Part shown: piece after piece, positions 1 through 12,289 of the stretch
Numbering within the stretch: the stretch's first letter is position 1
How the letters are laid out: each line of letters opens with the position of its first letter
NCBI RefSeq assembly: GCF_006345805.1
Contig: NC_042997.1
Span: 206,336,001-206,400,000 of the forward strand
Direction: 5' to 3'
DNA length: 64,000 nt
DNA from: Octopus sinensis
Lineage: Eukaryota
Position numbers and translations under genes: made by a program
Notes under the pieces: generated by a model
The model's database searches: none
The model's input: the letters and a program-made list of their open reading frames with translations, nothing else
Told to the model about the DNA's origin: nothing

Positions 1-44
1 CATGGAAAGCGGATGTTAAACGATGATGATGATGATGATGATGT

Positions 45-628
45 TACACAATGAAAACCGTGAAGTTTGTGGGAAAGAGTCTGATGCTTTGGGTATACAT
101 AAAAAGTGATGGTTCAAGAAAATTGGTTAAAATTAATGGTAACTTGAATAGTGCCAAATGCATCCAGTTGCTGAAGGACAATTTGGATGAAGGTGAGATT
201 TTTCAGCTTAATGGAGCTCCATTCCTCAGTTTGCATGCAACACAACAGAATCTGGCTGATGAAAGTGTTACTGTATTGAAAGACTGGCCAGCCCAGAGTC
301 CTGACTTAAATATTATCAAGCAAATGTGGACAGAACTAAAGAGGAGAGTCCATCAGAAGAATCCATGCAATTTTGAAGAACTATGGGAGCTCAACCACAA
401 AGAATGGCATCTCATACCTATAAAGATGGATTTGTACACATCTCTTCCCAGGCGCATTGAAGACATTTTTAAAGCTAAGGGAAGCCACATGGAATATTAA
501 CAATGCACAGTAACTTCTTGAAATGTGCATTATGTAATAAATTTTCATTATAGACATTTTTTCTGTTTTAAAACACTGAATCTTGATTGGTTTATGTAAG
601 GTGGCTGAAAACTTTTGGATGGCCATTT
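45..628 (+). mobile_element. Tc1-like transposase C-terminal relic (DD34E-type) with probable 3' TIR remnant
   Basis: ORF 51-500 has the decayed Tc1 motifs 'LMLWVYI', 'IFQLNGAP' (FQQDGAP) and 'WPAQSPDLNII'. A TIR-like gtggctgaaaacttttgga lies near 600-620. Confidence 0.8.
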
Positions 629-1242
629 TTGATGGTCATCTCACGTCTTCCCCTCTCATTCAGAATTCCTACTACAAAATATAATGATTAGGTATGGAAA
701 TTACTCCAACAGGGTCAATGTTTCATCTATGAAAAATGCAATGTGAAACATCCACTTATAAGTTGGCAATCAGTAGAAATTTACAATAGTTTAAAGTGGC
801 CAAAGACTTCTTACTGTATGGAATTATTTTGTAAATTTATTTGTTGGTGTCTTAGAATTCTTCAGTTGGAATGTTGGAATCTTTGATGTGTCTTCATGGC
901 CCTGTCTTCCATACTTTTAGGTTAGCTTGGTTTTCTTCAACTCTTCCATTCCATGATTTAATTCTTTGTAACTTGATATGGATTCAGTATAGCTACCTCC
1001 ACCACCACCACCACCACTACCTACCCACAACATCCTTCAACAATTCCATTTTGGTTACTGACCAACCAAAAATGTGTTAATGGCACCACCAGAACACTGA
1101 TGGTTTTCTTTCATTTCTGTTCTTCAAAGTGGAACGCTTTGGAAACACTTTCCACAATTCTTTACATTTCTTCTCAAAGTTGGTTTGACGTGCTAGTAAT
1201 AGCAGCCAAGTGTCTCTTAAATCACAGTCTGCTGTCGTCCAA

Positions 1243-1475
1243 ATTGGCAGAGTTGTTAAGGTGTCAGATAGGAAACCTTCTAATCTATGTTTCAGCCCTT
1301 GGCATTCTGAGTTCAAATCCTGCTGGTGCCATACTAGCCTTTTATTCCTTCACAATTCATAAAAATGTCCATCTTCTCTGTTGGATTCATAGAAGTAGAA
1401 GAATGACAGAAGATCTTCTGTGGTGTTCGTTTCAGTACTTGGCATTCTGATTTCAAATCCTGCCATGGCAATGCT
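1243..1475 (+). mobile_element. Degenerate tRNA-derived SINE fragments (two partial heads)
   Basis: tggcagagttgttaag...ttctgagttcaaatcctgc matches the head of the better-preserved SINE at 25970. Confidence 0.5.
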
Positions 1476-2689
1476 GGATTGTGAACTTAATCCATCATTT
1501 CGTTTCGCACCAACCCTTGCCACCGTGGCTGTATTTACTGAAATTCCCTCTGATACAAGTATTTCAGTGAGTTCTCTTATTGGAGGGCTGTACTAGGCCC
1601 CAATTGTCTGTTTTGGCATGGTCTCTATGGCTGGATGCCCTTCTTAATGCCAACCACTTTACTGAGCGAACTGAGTACCTTTTACATGGCACCAGCACAG
1701 GAGCTCTACATGTGGCACCAGCACAGGTGATTTATGTGTGGCACCAGCAGGGACAAGTACTTTTTACATGGCTCCAGCACAGATGAGCTCTGATGGCCAG
1801 GACGTGTCAACTGAGAGGAGGAGTGGAAGCAAAAGGACCAAGGAGATACTTGGTTATCTCAGCCAGGCAAGAAAGGAGAGGAAGTTAGGAGAGACAGAGA
1901 GACAATCAGAGGGTGAGAGAGAGAGAGAGAGAGAGAGAACTTACCTACAGGGAACAGTGGGTATAGTAAAGACGAGATAGAGGGGCCAACAATGGGAATG
2001 TGGGGTTATGGGGGTAGTTTGATAGACAACAGAGTTATGTGTGAGAGGTGGCTCATGGCTGTAAAAGGGTATCCCTATATGTATGGAAGGCCACAATGTC
2101 ACTTAGCTTCCACTACAATTTCTCCTCACAGCTTGCAATCATCAGAAAATTATCATTATTATAATTAGTTTTTGATGAAAAGTGTCAAGTCTTGTAGTTC
2201 CAGACAATGATAATTTTTAGGTTTTCTATCTTTAGATTGCCCCAGTGTGTTTGAGCCACGTTGGGAGTTAAGTGCTGATGCTTCTAAGTGCATTAAGCAC
2301 TATTGATATTAATGTCCTTTCTCTTTATTGCCTACAACTTGTGTTTTTACTATTGTGGTTGTGGTTCATCATAAGGACTAGATGTGTCATGAGTGCTCTG
2401 TGAGTGATTCACTTGTTTCATTGTCACAAATCTAATTTTGTTTCCCTTTTGGTGTATAGTGTGTCATTAATTTGAGCATACTATAGTAGGTATCTGTCGG
2501 TCTTGAGAAGCCATGGATTTGCACCTGAAGAAATTGTGTCAGGTGCTGCTGGTGATGCAGTGTCTGCTGTAGCTGCAGAGGCCTGCATGGGAGTGGCTGT
2601 CACACATACAGTGACTGCATTTGTAGGAGCTCTCTGTCGGCACTACTGGTTTTGCCTTCCACTGAGTGCACTTCTTTTTGGTGGCAGGT

Positions 2690-5620
2690 TCCTGTTTATC
2701 TTCCTCCTCTTTTGCAGTATTTGTCTCAAGTGTGGGCAATCATTTGTGACCTCCTCCCATCACAGGACATCCAGATCAAGTGACTTCACATTCCTCTTAC
2801 AGATATCCTTGAAACAAAGATGAGGTCATCCTCATGCTCTTGTGCCAGTGGCCAATTTCCCATACAAGAAGTCTTTTGGGATCCTTCCATCCGACATGCA
2901 ATGTAATGACTGAACCAACACAGATACAGATGATGCTGCTGGAGTACCTGGCACACTCTGGATTTTGCTTTCAGCCTCAGCAGACTAAACAGTTTACTGT
3001 CTGATCTGGTGTGAAAGTAAACACCATCAGTTGATGCCTTAAATGTATGTTTCAGCATGACTGCAAAGAAGATGCCAAACAGGGTGGAAGCCAGCACACA
3101 GCCCTGCTTCATGCCTCTGAGTATGTTGAATACCTCTGAAGAAAAACCATCAAATTGAATGACATCTTTCATATCTACACGAAATGATTGGACAATCCTG
3201 AGAAGTCTTGGAGGACAGCCAATCTTGGAAAGGATTTTGAGCAGGCCATCTCTACTAACTAGGTCAAGAGCCATTTTGAGATCACTGAAGATAATAAAGA
3301 GTGGTTGCCTTTGCTCTCATCACTTCTCCTGCAGCTAACAAAGAGAGAATATCATGATGATGGTTGGGCATTCTGATCTGAGACCGCACTGAAATTTAGA
3401 GTATACCCTCTCAGTGATTTTCTGTGTAGGACTATGGAGGCAAATGCCTTATTCACAATGCTTAACAGCAGAAAGCCTCAGTAACTGTTGCAGTTGCTTT
3501 TGTCTCCTTTGTCTTGTGGGACTGATCCCACCCTCCTCCCAGTACTGACACAATAGCTTCAGCAAGTGGCTGAGTAGAACTCTCCTCCTTGCACATCTGA
3601 TGATTTCTGGTGGGATGCCTTCCAAACTCAGTACTTTTCCAGTGAGCAAGCTGTTAATGGCTCTCCTCAGTTTTCCCTCATTTGGCATTATGTCCAGCTC
3701 CTCCATTCCAGCTAGGTATTCTCCAGTATCTAGTGCTCTGTCTGAGATGTTTTTCTTGGTGTAGAGTTCAGAATAAGGTTCTCTCCAGCTGCTCTCTTTT
3801 GTCCTTGATAACTTCTGCTGTTCTGGATTCTATCTTGCTCTGGGTTGGGCCAGGGGCTTTCTTCATACCCTCATACATTCATGAATGCTGTCTATGTCCA
3901 ACGACAGCTGGGTATCTACACATAGTTGTAACCAGTAGTCATTTGCGCACCATCTCACTCTTCCTTGCCGATCTCAATACTTGCAGTGTTGCCCTGGTGG
4001 GTTGGTGTTTGTGCTTTAAGCATGGCAGCACACTTCACCTCCATGCGGCTATTGATCTCTTCCACACTTGTCTCAACAATCTTGCGTCATCTTCCTCCTC
4101 CTCCCAAAGACCCTCAGTGCAATACAATGGCTTATGTCCCTGAGACAGTCCCAGCTCTGCTGAACAATGCCTTCTGGTGGGTTTGCATGGAGAGCATTGT
4201 CCAAGGATTTGAGGAATTTATTTGTCTTAATTTAGCTGCTGGTTTGCGGTAGCATCGTTGCACTTCTTGCGTGGGGACCAGATGCAGTGCATCATTATTG
4301 GTTGGGGTTTGAGGTTGCAGTAAGCCAGAGTGTGGTCTGTGTCACAGCACTCTGAAAAGACTGAGTCTGGAGCACATTCCTCAGGTGGTTGCATCTCATG
4401 ATCTTCAAATCTAGCTGGTGCCAATGCCCTAAGCAATGGTGATGCCAGGAGACCCACTGTTCAGCTACTGAAAGTAGGTGTTGGTGACACACAATTCTCG
4501 AAGCATGCAGAGCTCAAGCAGCTGTTGCCCCTTTTCTTTCATGTTACCAACCCCATACCAATCCAGACACCCTGGCCAGGAGTCGTGATCCGCTCCCACT
4601 CTGGCATTGAAGTCACTAAGTAGCTCCAGCTGTTCTCCATTTGGGATCACCTGTATTTTCCTGGAGAGTTGATCATAAAACTTATCCTTGACATCTTGTG
4701 TGGAATAGAGGATTGGCACATAAGTATTGATCAGGTTGACAGGCCTATCAGAAGTATGCAATCGAAGTATGAACCATCACTGCTGACTTCTACCGATTTT
4801 ATCAGAGAGGTTTTTATAGCAAAGCCAACATCAGGCTCTCTCACTTCATCTATGCCTTTCTCTTGCCAGAAAAAGCTATACTCTCTTTCATGAAGGGTCC
4901 CCAAATCTGGGAGCCTTATTTCCTGGAGTGTTGCAATGTCCACTCAGAGTCACAGCAGTTCATTGTTGATCGCTGCTGTCTTGCGTGTGTCACTGATTTT
5001 TAGAAGATCCTCTGACACACCAGTTGTCATGGTCCTTATGTTGCATCATCTGAGCCTGAATGCTGTTTTTTTTTATGTTTACTTGCTTGTTTGTTCGCTT
5101 TTTTTCGTGCAATGTTTACAGCCCACAATTTGAGATGTTAGTTTCCCTAATCCCCACATGCCTAGTGGAGCAGGTGGGCTGTGATGGGACAGCACCTAAC
5201 TGGCTGGGGACTGTCCAGTGAGGCACAATGGCCTCTCCCTCTGTTGAAGGCAGCCCTTTGTTCTTATGCCAATTATGTGCAGGCTTAAAACAGTAGACTG
5301 CTGCTTTCCATGTTTTACTGATGCTGTTAGACAGCACTGGAGTGTCCTCCCTAGGGTAGAAGCCAGGGCAGTTGTTCATGGGAGATTGACAGTTGCCCAT
5401 GTGACCCGTCTCCCCTGTCCACTGCAACCAGTATTATCCAAGAGAAGGGCATTGCCCAATACAACTTGGCACCAGTGGAGCCACAGGAGTTGCCAGAATG
5501 AGGTTGTCTACAGCATCAAACTGCCTAAGGGATTCTGGCTCCCAACTTATCCTAAAGGGTTTACTCCCAAAGCCTTTCCCTTAAGTGGATATTGCTACTA
5601 GGCAGTGGAGTTGTTACTAT
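2690..5620 (-). mobile_element. Old, fragmented RTE/BovB-like LINE (EN+RT pseudogene with 5' UTR)
   Basis: Minus-strand pieces: 'DIATLQEIRL' and 'DFNARVGADHDSW' (APE endonuclease); 'LDLVSRDGLLKILSKIGCP...GMKQGCVLASTLF' (RT). Many stops and frameshifts. Confidence 0.88.
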
Positions 5621-6169
5621 CGCCGCTGTCTTAAGCAGGGAAGGACTTAATAAGCATCACAGCTAATCATGAGAGTTGCTTATTTTAATGGCTGTTGACT
5701 CTTCAGAGTTTATCCACCCTTTGACAGGCCTTGTATCTAATCCTGCAGGGTGGCCAAATAGCAAGGAAAGCACCCTCCTCACAAAGCAAGCTCTGTGGGG
5801 TTGCCAGTTTACACATTGAGGGCCTGACACCTGCCTCCTGTAATTCAGTGATTGGTAAAAGAGAGAAAGAAAATGAGGTGGGGAGCTGCAAGGCAGAGGT
5901 ACAGGGGGAAGCACAACAGACTTTAACAGTAGTTTTAGTTTTAGGAGCTGAGGGACTTCAATCTACCGAAGGGCAGCATGGGTGTTAATATTGCTTAATA
6001 CTAGGGCTGTTATTTTATTTCTATTTTGGGGCTTGGTTCATCTGGTGGTGGGTGGAGAGTGGGTGAGAGGGGTTACGGGAAGAATGGAAGCAAGCTGGAA
6101 GTTAAAGCTATATAGGCAGAGAATTAGAGAAAAAAAACACAAAGAAAACACCATGTTTTCTTCAAATTG

Positions 6170-7290
6170 ATATTGCTGCACCTCTTATGTATCCATAACT
6201 TACACCAGGTACATCTTATGGGGTTTTTTACCTCCGCCTTTTCTACAGATAGAGCAGGGCCATCTACCTGAAGAGATTTGTAATTTGTCTGCCATCCTAC
6301 TTAGTAAGACTTTGGTTTTTGCCAGGTTAACTAAACCTTGCTTCCATACCTGAAATTTCTCCTCTAGGTTGGGTATTAGAGCAAGGTCATCAACATAGAA
6401 GACTCGTTGGGGCAGTCTATTTTGAGTTCCTCTGTTATTGCCTAGAGGACTATGATGAACAAGAGGGGGCTGAGGACTGATCCTTGTTAAACCCCTACTT
6501 TTACTAGGAATTCTTCGCTATATTCATTGCCAACCCTCACCTTACTGACAGCACCCCTGTACATGGCTTGTACAGCCCTCAGCAAGCACTCATCTATCCT
6601 TAGTTTCCACATTGACTACCAGGTCAACAAAAGCCAAGTACAGTGGTTTATCTTTGGTTAGTTATTTCTCCTGCAGCTGTCTTATCAAAAAACCTAAGTG
6701 CATCTAATCTAGGCTAACTCTCTCCCTAATTACTTTGCCTATGACCCTGTTGATCACTTTCATTACCTGATCCAACAACTTGATACCGTTGTAATTATTT
6801 GTATTTAATGCATCACCTTTACCTTTGTAGCAGTAAACTATGGTGATGCTACACCAGTCATTGGATATGACTCCTTCATGCGTCACCTGATTGATTATAC
6901 AGGTGACTAGACTATAGCCGACAACGCTAGATATTTTAAGCATCTCACCAGTGATTCCTAATGGGCCATGGGCTTTTACTGTCTGCATACCCTTAATTGT
7001 TTTATCTACCTAGGTACTGTTGATTCTGATAGCTGGTCCCTCTGTTGGGTCAACATTTTGCAGAAACTCTTTCTTCTATTCTTTCTCTTCGTTTAACAAC
7101 CTTTCATAATGGCGTCTCCGAGTCTCTTTCTTCACAGCATCATGAAATGCAAGTGCACAGTCATCCATTCAGAAACATTTCTCTCCTATGACATCGCAAT
7201 TTTCTCTCACACACAGTGTCTTGTAATTTGAAACACTTCAAGTCTCTGGTCCTCACAACGCAGAACATTGGTAAATTTCTTTTTATTTTT
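6170..7290 (-). mobile_element. RTE-clade LINE RT fragment (abundant local family A)
   Basis: 'KAHGPLGITGEMLK...YKGKGDALNTNNYNGIKLLDQVMKV'. The same family recurs at 10.6, 16.5, 22.2, 29.6, 32.1 and 44.4 kb. Confidence 0.85.
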
Positions 7291-7712
7291 GAGAATTAGG
7301 GCTGCAGTCAAGGAAACTATGGAACATTGGGATAAAATAGTAGGTAACAAAACAAAACAAATGAAGAGATGGAATTTTTGAGATTTAGAGCAACAGTAAA
7401 CAGAATTGAACAATTGGATTTCTTCACTTTGCCATAACGTACTTCTAAATAAACAGTTAAATGAATAACAATAGTAATTATAAGGAGTGAAACAGAATAG
7501 AACATTTGCATTCTTAATTTTAACTCTAGCTATAACATGTAGTATGGAGTGAGCAAAACTTTGTGACAAAGTGGATAAATAAATGAATAGCAATGATTAT
7601 AAGTCTAATGATCAATAAAGTGAGAGAGAATAGGGTTTCTTAAGTTTGCTATAACATACAGCATGGAATAAATGGAACTGTGTGGGTAAACAGATAAATT
7701 AAGGAATAATAA

Positions 7713-8800
7713 TCTATTATATAAAATCTGTTCTGTCTGTCTGTTTGTGTGTGTCTTCTAGGATCTCGGGCATCTTCCATCTGATTGCGCTCAAATTTGA
7801 TATGTAGATACCAACAGTATCAGTGTATAAGTCTTGAAAAAAATTACAAAAATCGATTCCAGGTGAGAATGCGCTTGATAAAGCTGTGGGAACATGCATT
7901 TGTACATGCAAGTATGTACATCAGCTGTTGTGATCGATACTACACGTACGCGAGAAAAATGCGCGTGCAGTTTTGCAAAAAAAGCCAGCAGGCTTGAAAT
8001 AATGCCACAAAATGCAGTATATTTAAGAGACCAAAAAAGTAAGATGCGAAAGAGACATTTTCTTCAAACTTGGCATGAAGGAAGGAAAGACTATTTGGTT
8101 TCTCAAGAAGTGTTTTTTTTTGCCTTAACTTCGTTTAACAAAGCCAAAAATTTTATTGAAATAAAGGCATGCTTAATTATTTTTTAATGAATAGAAAACA
8201 CTGATTGCTTTTTATTCAAGGAAGAAAATACTATTTTCTTCTGCTTTAAACCAAAAAAGTGTGTTTTTTAGTAAAAGAAAACCATTATTGTATTCAATCA
8301 AGATTGTTTGAGCTTTATTTCAAGGTGAATGTAGTCGAAATACTTCAATTTTAGAAACAAAAGAACCATCGGGTTTGCCACCCTATAAACTCTGCCTCAA
8401 GGCTGGAAGTCCCATTATTCTCCTCCGAAACTTGCAACCCCCACGACTTTGCAATGGCACTCAGTTGGTTCTCACCCAACTTTTGGATGATGTTCTCGAG
8501 GCAAAAGTTAGCATGGGTCAGGAGCAGGGAATGTTGTTTTCATTTCTCACATGCCATTGATTCCGTCAGACTGTGGTTACCCTCTGAAACGCATTCAATT
8601 CCCTATTCACCTGAGCTTCGCAATGACCGTCAACAAAATACAGGGGCAGTCATTGAAAATCGTGGGGTTGAACCTCAGCACTCCCTGCTTTTTGCATGGG
8701 CAACTGAACGGGGCTGTTTGAGGGTTGGCTGTTTGACAAACCTTTTCTACTACGCTCCAGACTGAGTGACAAGGAATGTGGTTTACAAGGCTGCGCTTCA
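7713..8800 (+). mobile_element. Helitron relic: 5' TC terminus plus PIF1-type helicase C-terminal fragment
   Basis: a|TCtattatataaaa...gtctgtctgtttgtgtgtg at 7713 is a typical Helitron 5' end. 8365-8790 reads PSGLPPYKLCLKAGSPIILLRNLQPPRLCNGT...FPIHLSFAMTVNKIQGQSL...HGQL across frameshifts. No 3' CTRR end identified. Confidence 0.8.
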
Positions 8801-9984
8801 CTTGCTTTTCCATGCCCTTGAACATCCCGTAAAGTAAGTTAGCTTAAAATTAGTTACTTTGTTCCTTAGGTTGTTGCTTTTCATAAAAAATCACCCCAAG
8901 TGATTTCATACATGTTTTATCGGATAAACTTATTATTGTCCCGGGTACGTTCTCATAAATTCATCATGGTTTTCCATCTAGATTTACCTCCAGCTAACCC
9001 ATTTGCATGCATCGTTTTTGTCCTGCTTTTCTTCCGTCAAACTGTACATAACTGCACCTTCCATTTTTGTTGTTTTTGTACTGCTTAAAGGCACGTTTCT
9101 TTCCTGCCAAGCTTACTGTTTAAACCATGTTTGTGTTCTCCCAGTCAACAGCCTTATCGTTACTGGTACTTTAAAATCTTTGGTTTCATATTTGTGTGAA
9201 TAAAATCGTTTTTCTTTGGAATAGAAAAAAAGTCTATCTGTATTTCTTCTTTTGCTGGTGTCTCAAATTTAGGTTAAATCAGTGTTTCTCAAATGGGAGG
9301 CGAATGGGACGGTCAGACAAGCTCTTTTGAGAAAATTTGGTTTAAATGTTTGACAACTCAGCACTGTCCGTTTTCCTCGTGTATAAATATATATATGCAT
9401 ATATAAAACAAAGGATGTCTGTGTGTGTGATAGTATGCATTTCAACCGATTTTCACCAACTTCTACACACACATTAATTATGCGCTAAGGATGGTCATGC
9501 ACTATAACATTTTGCCCAGAACTTCCGTGTAAAGAGAGAAACGGGGGTAAAAATGTATTTCACATATTTTTTTTCTTTCAAAACTGCAATTTTCAACTGA
9601 TTCTCTCCCTTTGACTTCTGCAGTTTCCATCTGATTCTCTCCCTTGTCTCTGATTTGTCTCTTCTCTTTCTCTTTCTCACTTTCCCCCTCTGTAATAACT
9701 CCTCTCTTTAAGTCTATGCCTATTCCTTTCTCTCTCTTTTCAGCTGACTTACTATAACTTCTGTCTAGACATTCACTTCCATGTATTTCTGTTAGTTGTG
9801 TGTAAAAATCTCACTGTAAATTTAGTCATTTTTCTTCATTTTCGTTCAGCCAGTGTGTTTAAATTCAGTTTCACCACATCTGCCTAAAAATTGACTTCAG
9901 TGTATTTATGCTACCTGCACGTTCCTCCCACAACATTATTTTCATTCTTCTAATTTTTTTGCCGCATCTGCATTTCGCAATTGA

Positions 9985-11443
9985 TCATCATCATCATCAT
10001 CATCATTTAACGTCTGCTTTCCATGCTAGCATGGGTTGGACGGTTCAACTGGGGTCTGGGAAGCAAGAAGGCTGCACCAGGCCCAGTCTGATCTGGCAGT
10101 GTTTCTACAGCAGGATGCCCTTCCTAACGCCAACCACTCCGTGAGTGTAGTGGGTGCTTTTTACGTGCTACGGGGCTGGCAGACGGCCACGATCGGATGG
10201 TGCTTTTTACGTGCCACCGGCATGGGGACCAGACGAAGCTGGCTATGGCCACGGTCGGATAGTGCTTTTTACGTGCCACCGGCATGGGGACCAGACGAAG
10301 CTGGCTATGGCCACGGTCGGATGGTGCTTTTTACGTGCCACCGGCACGGAGGCCAGTTGGGCGGCGCTGGCTACGGGGCTTTCGGATAGTTCTCTTACGT
10401 GCCACCGGCACTGGTATCACAGCTACAAATTCCATTGATGTTGATAGATTTTGATTTTGATTTTCAATGGCCTCAACAGGTCTTCACAAGTGGAGTTTTG
10501 TGTCCCAAGAAGGAAAGGAATGCATAAGTGGGCTGGCTACATCCCAGGTGTAGGCCACGGGATTATGGCCTCACTTGTCCTGCCGGGTCTTCTCACGCAC
10601 AGCATGCTTCCAGAGGTCTCGGTCTCAAGTCATTTCCTCGGTGAGACCTAAAGTTTGAAGGTCGTGCTTCACCACCTCATCCCAGGTTTTCCTGAGTCTA
10701 CCTCTTCCACAGGTTCCCTCAACCGCTGGGGTGTGGCACTTTTTCACACAACTATTTTCATCCATTCTCACCACATGACCATACCAGCGCAAACGTCTCT
10801 CTTGTACACCACATCTGATGCTTCTTAGATCCAACTTTGCTCTCAGGGTACTTACACTCTGTTGAGTATGAACACTGACATTACACATCCATTGGAGCAT
10901 ACTGGCTTCATTCCTTGCAAGCTTACGCATGTCCTCAGCAGTCACGGCCCATGTTTCACTGCCATGTAGCATGGCTGTTCGTACACATGCATCATACAAT
11001 CTGCCTTTTACTCTGAGCGAGAGGCCTTTTGTCACCAGCAGAGGTAAGAGCTCTCTGAACTTTGCCCAGGCTATTCTTACTCTAGCAGTTACACTTTCAG
11101 CGCACCCACCCCCGCTGCTGACTTGGTCACCTAGGTAACGGAAGCTATCAACTATTTCTAGTTTTTCTCCCTGGCATGTGGCGGAAGATGGTCTCTGCGT
11201 ATTTTCAGTGTTTATTGTTCCCGAGCATCTGCCACATACAAAAACTATTTTCCTAGTTAGCCTTCCTTTGACATTGCTGCACCTCTTATGTGTCCATAGC
11301 TTACACTGGGTACATCTTATAGAGTTTCTACCTACACCTTTTCTACAGATCGAGCAGGGCCATCTACCTGAGGGTGTTTGTGATTTGTCTACCTTCCTAC
11401 TTCTTAGAACTTTGGTTTTAGCTAGGTTGACTCTTAGGCCCTT
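9985..11443 (-). mobile_element. 5'-truncated RTE family A copy: ORF C-terminus, repeat-containing 3' UTR and (GAT)n tail
   Basis: ORF 10625-11035 'KGRLYDACVRTAMLHGSETW...RRLRWYGHV...GRGRLRKTW'; (CAT)n at 9985-10005. Confidence 0.9.
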
Positions 11444-11444
11444 C

Positions 11445-11738
11445 GAGTGGCCGTTGCCAGTGCCACCCCGACAGGCCTCTGTGCCGGTGGCACGTAAAAA
11501 GCACCGTCCGATCGTGGCTGTTTGCCAGCCTCGTCTGGCCCCCGTGCCAGTGGCATGTAAAAAGCACCCACTACACTCTCGGCGTGGTTGGCATTAGGAA
11601 GGGCATCCAGTCATAGAAACATTGCCAGATCAGACTGGGCCTGGTGCAGCTTTCTGGCTTCCCAGACCCCAGTCGAACCGTCCAACCCATGCTAGCATGG
11701 AAAGCGGATGCTAAACGATGATGATGATGATGATGATG
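11445..11738 (+). mobile_element. RTE family A 3' UTR and tail, inverted relative to the adjacent copy
   Basis: ggttggcattaggaagggcatccag...aacccatgctagcatggaaagcgga...(GAT)n is the reverse complement of ~9985-10300. Confidence 0.88.
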
Positions 11739-12289
11739 AATGCCACCTTAGAAAAGAGCTCGTATTGGTCACAAAACTGGTCACAGCAGAGACATTAAAG
11801 AGAAGGAGAGCAAATGAATCCTCACACGGGACTGCACTAAGACATTCACAAAATGCTGCTTACACAGCCAATGCGAGAGCCATGGAAGCGAGGGGCAGAG
11901 TAGCAGTTGCCTGATCAGAAATGCTGCATTAACAGCTTCATTACACACAAACCTGAGTCAGTCACAGCACATTATTCTTTGTAATAGGGATGCTACATCA
12001 ACTGCAGCCACGTGAGCTGCAGAGAATGAAGAACAGCATGCCATTCGATAGTCTTTCTTTTTTATATGTATTTTCATCAATTTCAAGTCATTATATACCC
12101 ATATGTTTCAAATTTCCAAAGAAAAACCAGAATTTTTCTCTGTCTTTGCAGTTGTGACATATTTCAAAATATTTTGTACATTTTTGTGAATTTTGGTACA
12201 TTTTGGTATGGAATTCTATACATATTTCAAAAAAGCTTTGGCAGCCCAAGTTGTTAGACTAGAAAATAAGTGTTCTTAGAATGATGAGG

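Noticed and set aside
10140-10420. Repeat-spacer-like pattern in the RTE 3' UTR
   Set aside because: The linkers are homologous to each other and are part of a dispersed LINE 3' UTR, not acquired spacers.
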